Positions 63,536 to 63,731 of a stretch of 63,731 nt of DNA are shown here, one piece after another (the stretch's first letter is position 1; each line of letters starts with the position of its first letter). Source of the stretch: Chiloscyllium plagiosum (taxonomy: Eukaryota); assembly GCF_004010195.1 (NCBI RefSeq), contig NC_057720.1, forward strand, positions 27,404,168 through 27,467,898, given 5' to 3'. Both the position numbers and the translations under genes were made by a program. Under the pieces are notes generated by a model. The model had not been told where the DNA came from. It saw only the letters and a list, made by a program, of their open reading frames with translations, and ran no database searches.

Positions 63536-63731
63536 ATTCCTCCACCACTTTAATAGATAGGTCCCAATTATTTGCAGCTGATGGGACTCTACCATGATGC
63601 AGTTTTTCTCTCTTGCCACTCACCCTCTCCCTTAAAGATTTCACCTTCATATTTCATATAGGAATCCTAACTTCAAAGAAATTGACTTCCATGAAGAAAA
63701 GTATCAAAATTCAGCAATGGCATAAAAGGTG

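Noticed and set aside
52254..63731. LAR-family micro-exon meA (ESI / GGxPIR type), expected after the ...KQLRS exon, and the next Ig2 exon (GALQIE...)
   Set aside because: I found no AG-flanked 9, 18 or 27-nt match with a donor site by eye. A candidate at about 52419-52446 is not a multiple of 3 and has no similarity. These exons probably lie beyond the window.

Overview
Vertebrate genomic DNA, almost certainly from a cartilaginous fish (shark-type V-SINEs, CR1 LINEs and Penelope-like repeats). The window lies inside a LAR-family receptor protein tyrosine phosphatase gene on the + strand, most like PTPRF. Three in-phase coding exons are present: 10286-10431 and 12365-12506 (Ig1), and 52065-52253 (first part of Ig2). 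They are separated by introns of 1,933 bp and 39,558 bp. The rest is intron filled with decayed mobile DNA: CR1-type LINEs, a Rex/Babar-like LINE, a gag-less Gypsy element and a related solo LTR, tRNA-derived V- and Deu-type SINEs, TA-flanked MITEs, a 5S rRNA pseudogene and many Penelope-like element (PLE) fragments. The most striking signal is that several sequence-distinct PLE families carry a minimal hammerhead-ribozyme-like core (CUGANGA-N-stem II-GAAA-palindrome). Most short PLE insertions are fold-back hairpins centred at that core and flanked by 8-16 bp target-site duplications. Repeat family names come from motif recognition, not database searches, and most repeat boundaries are approximate.
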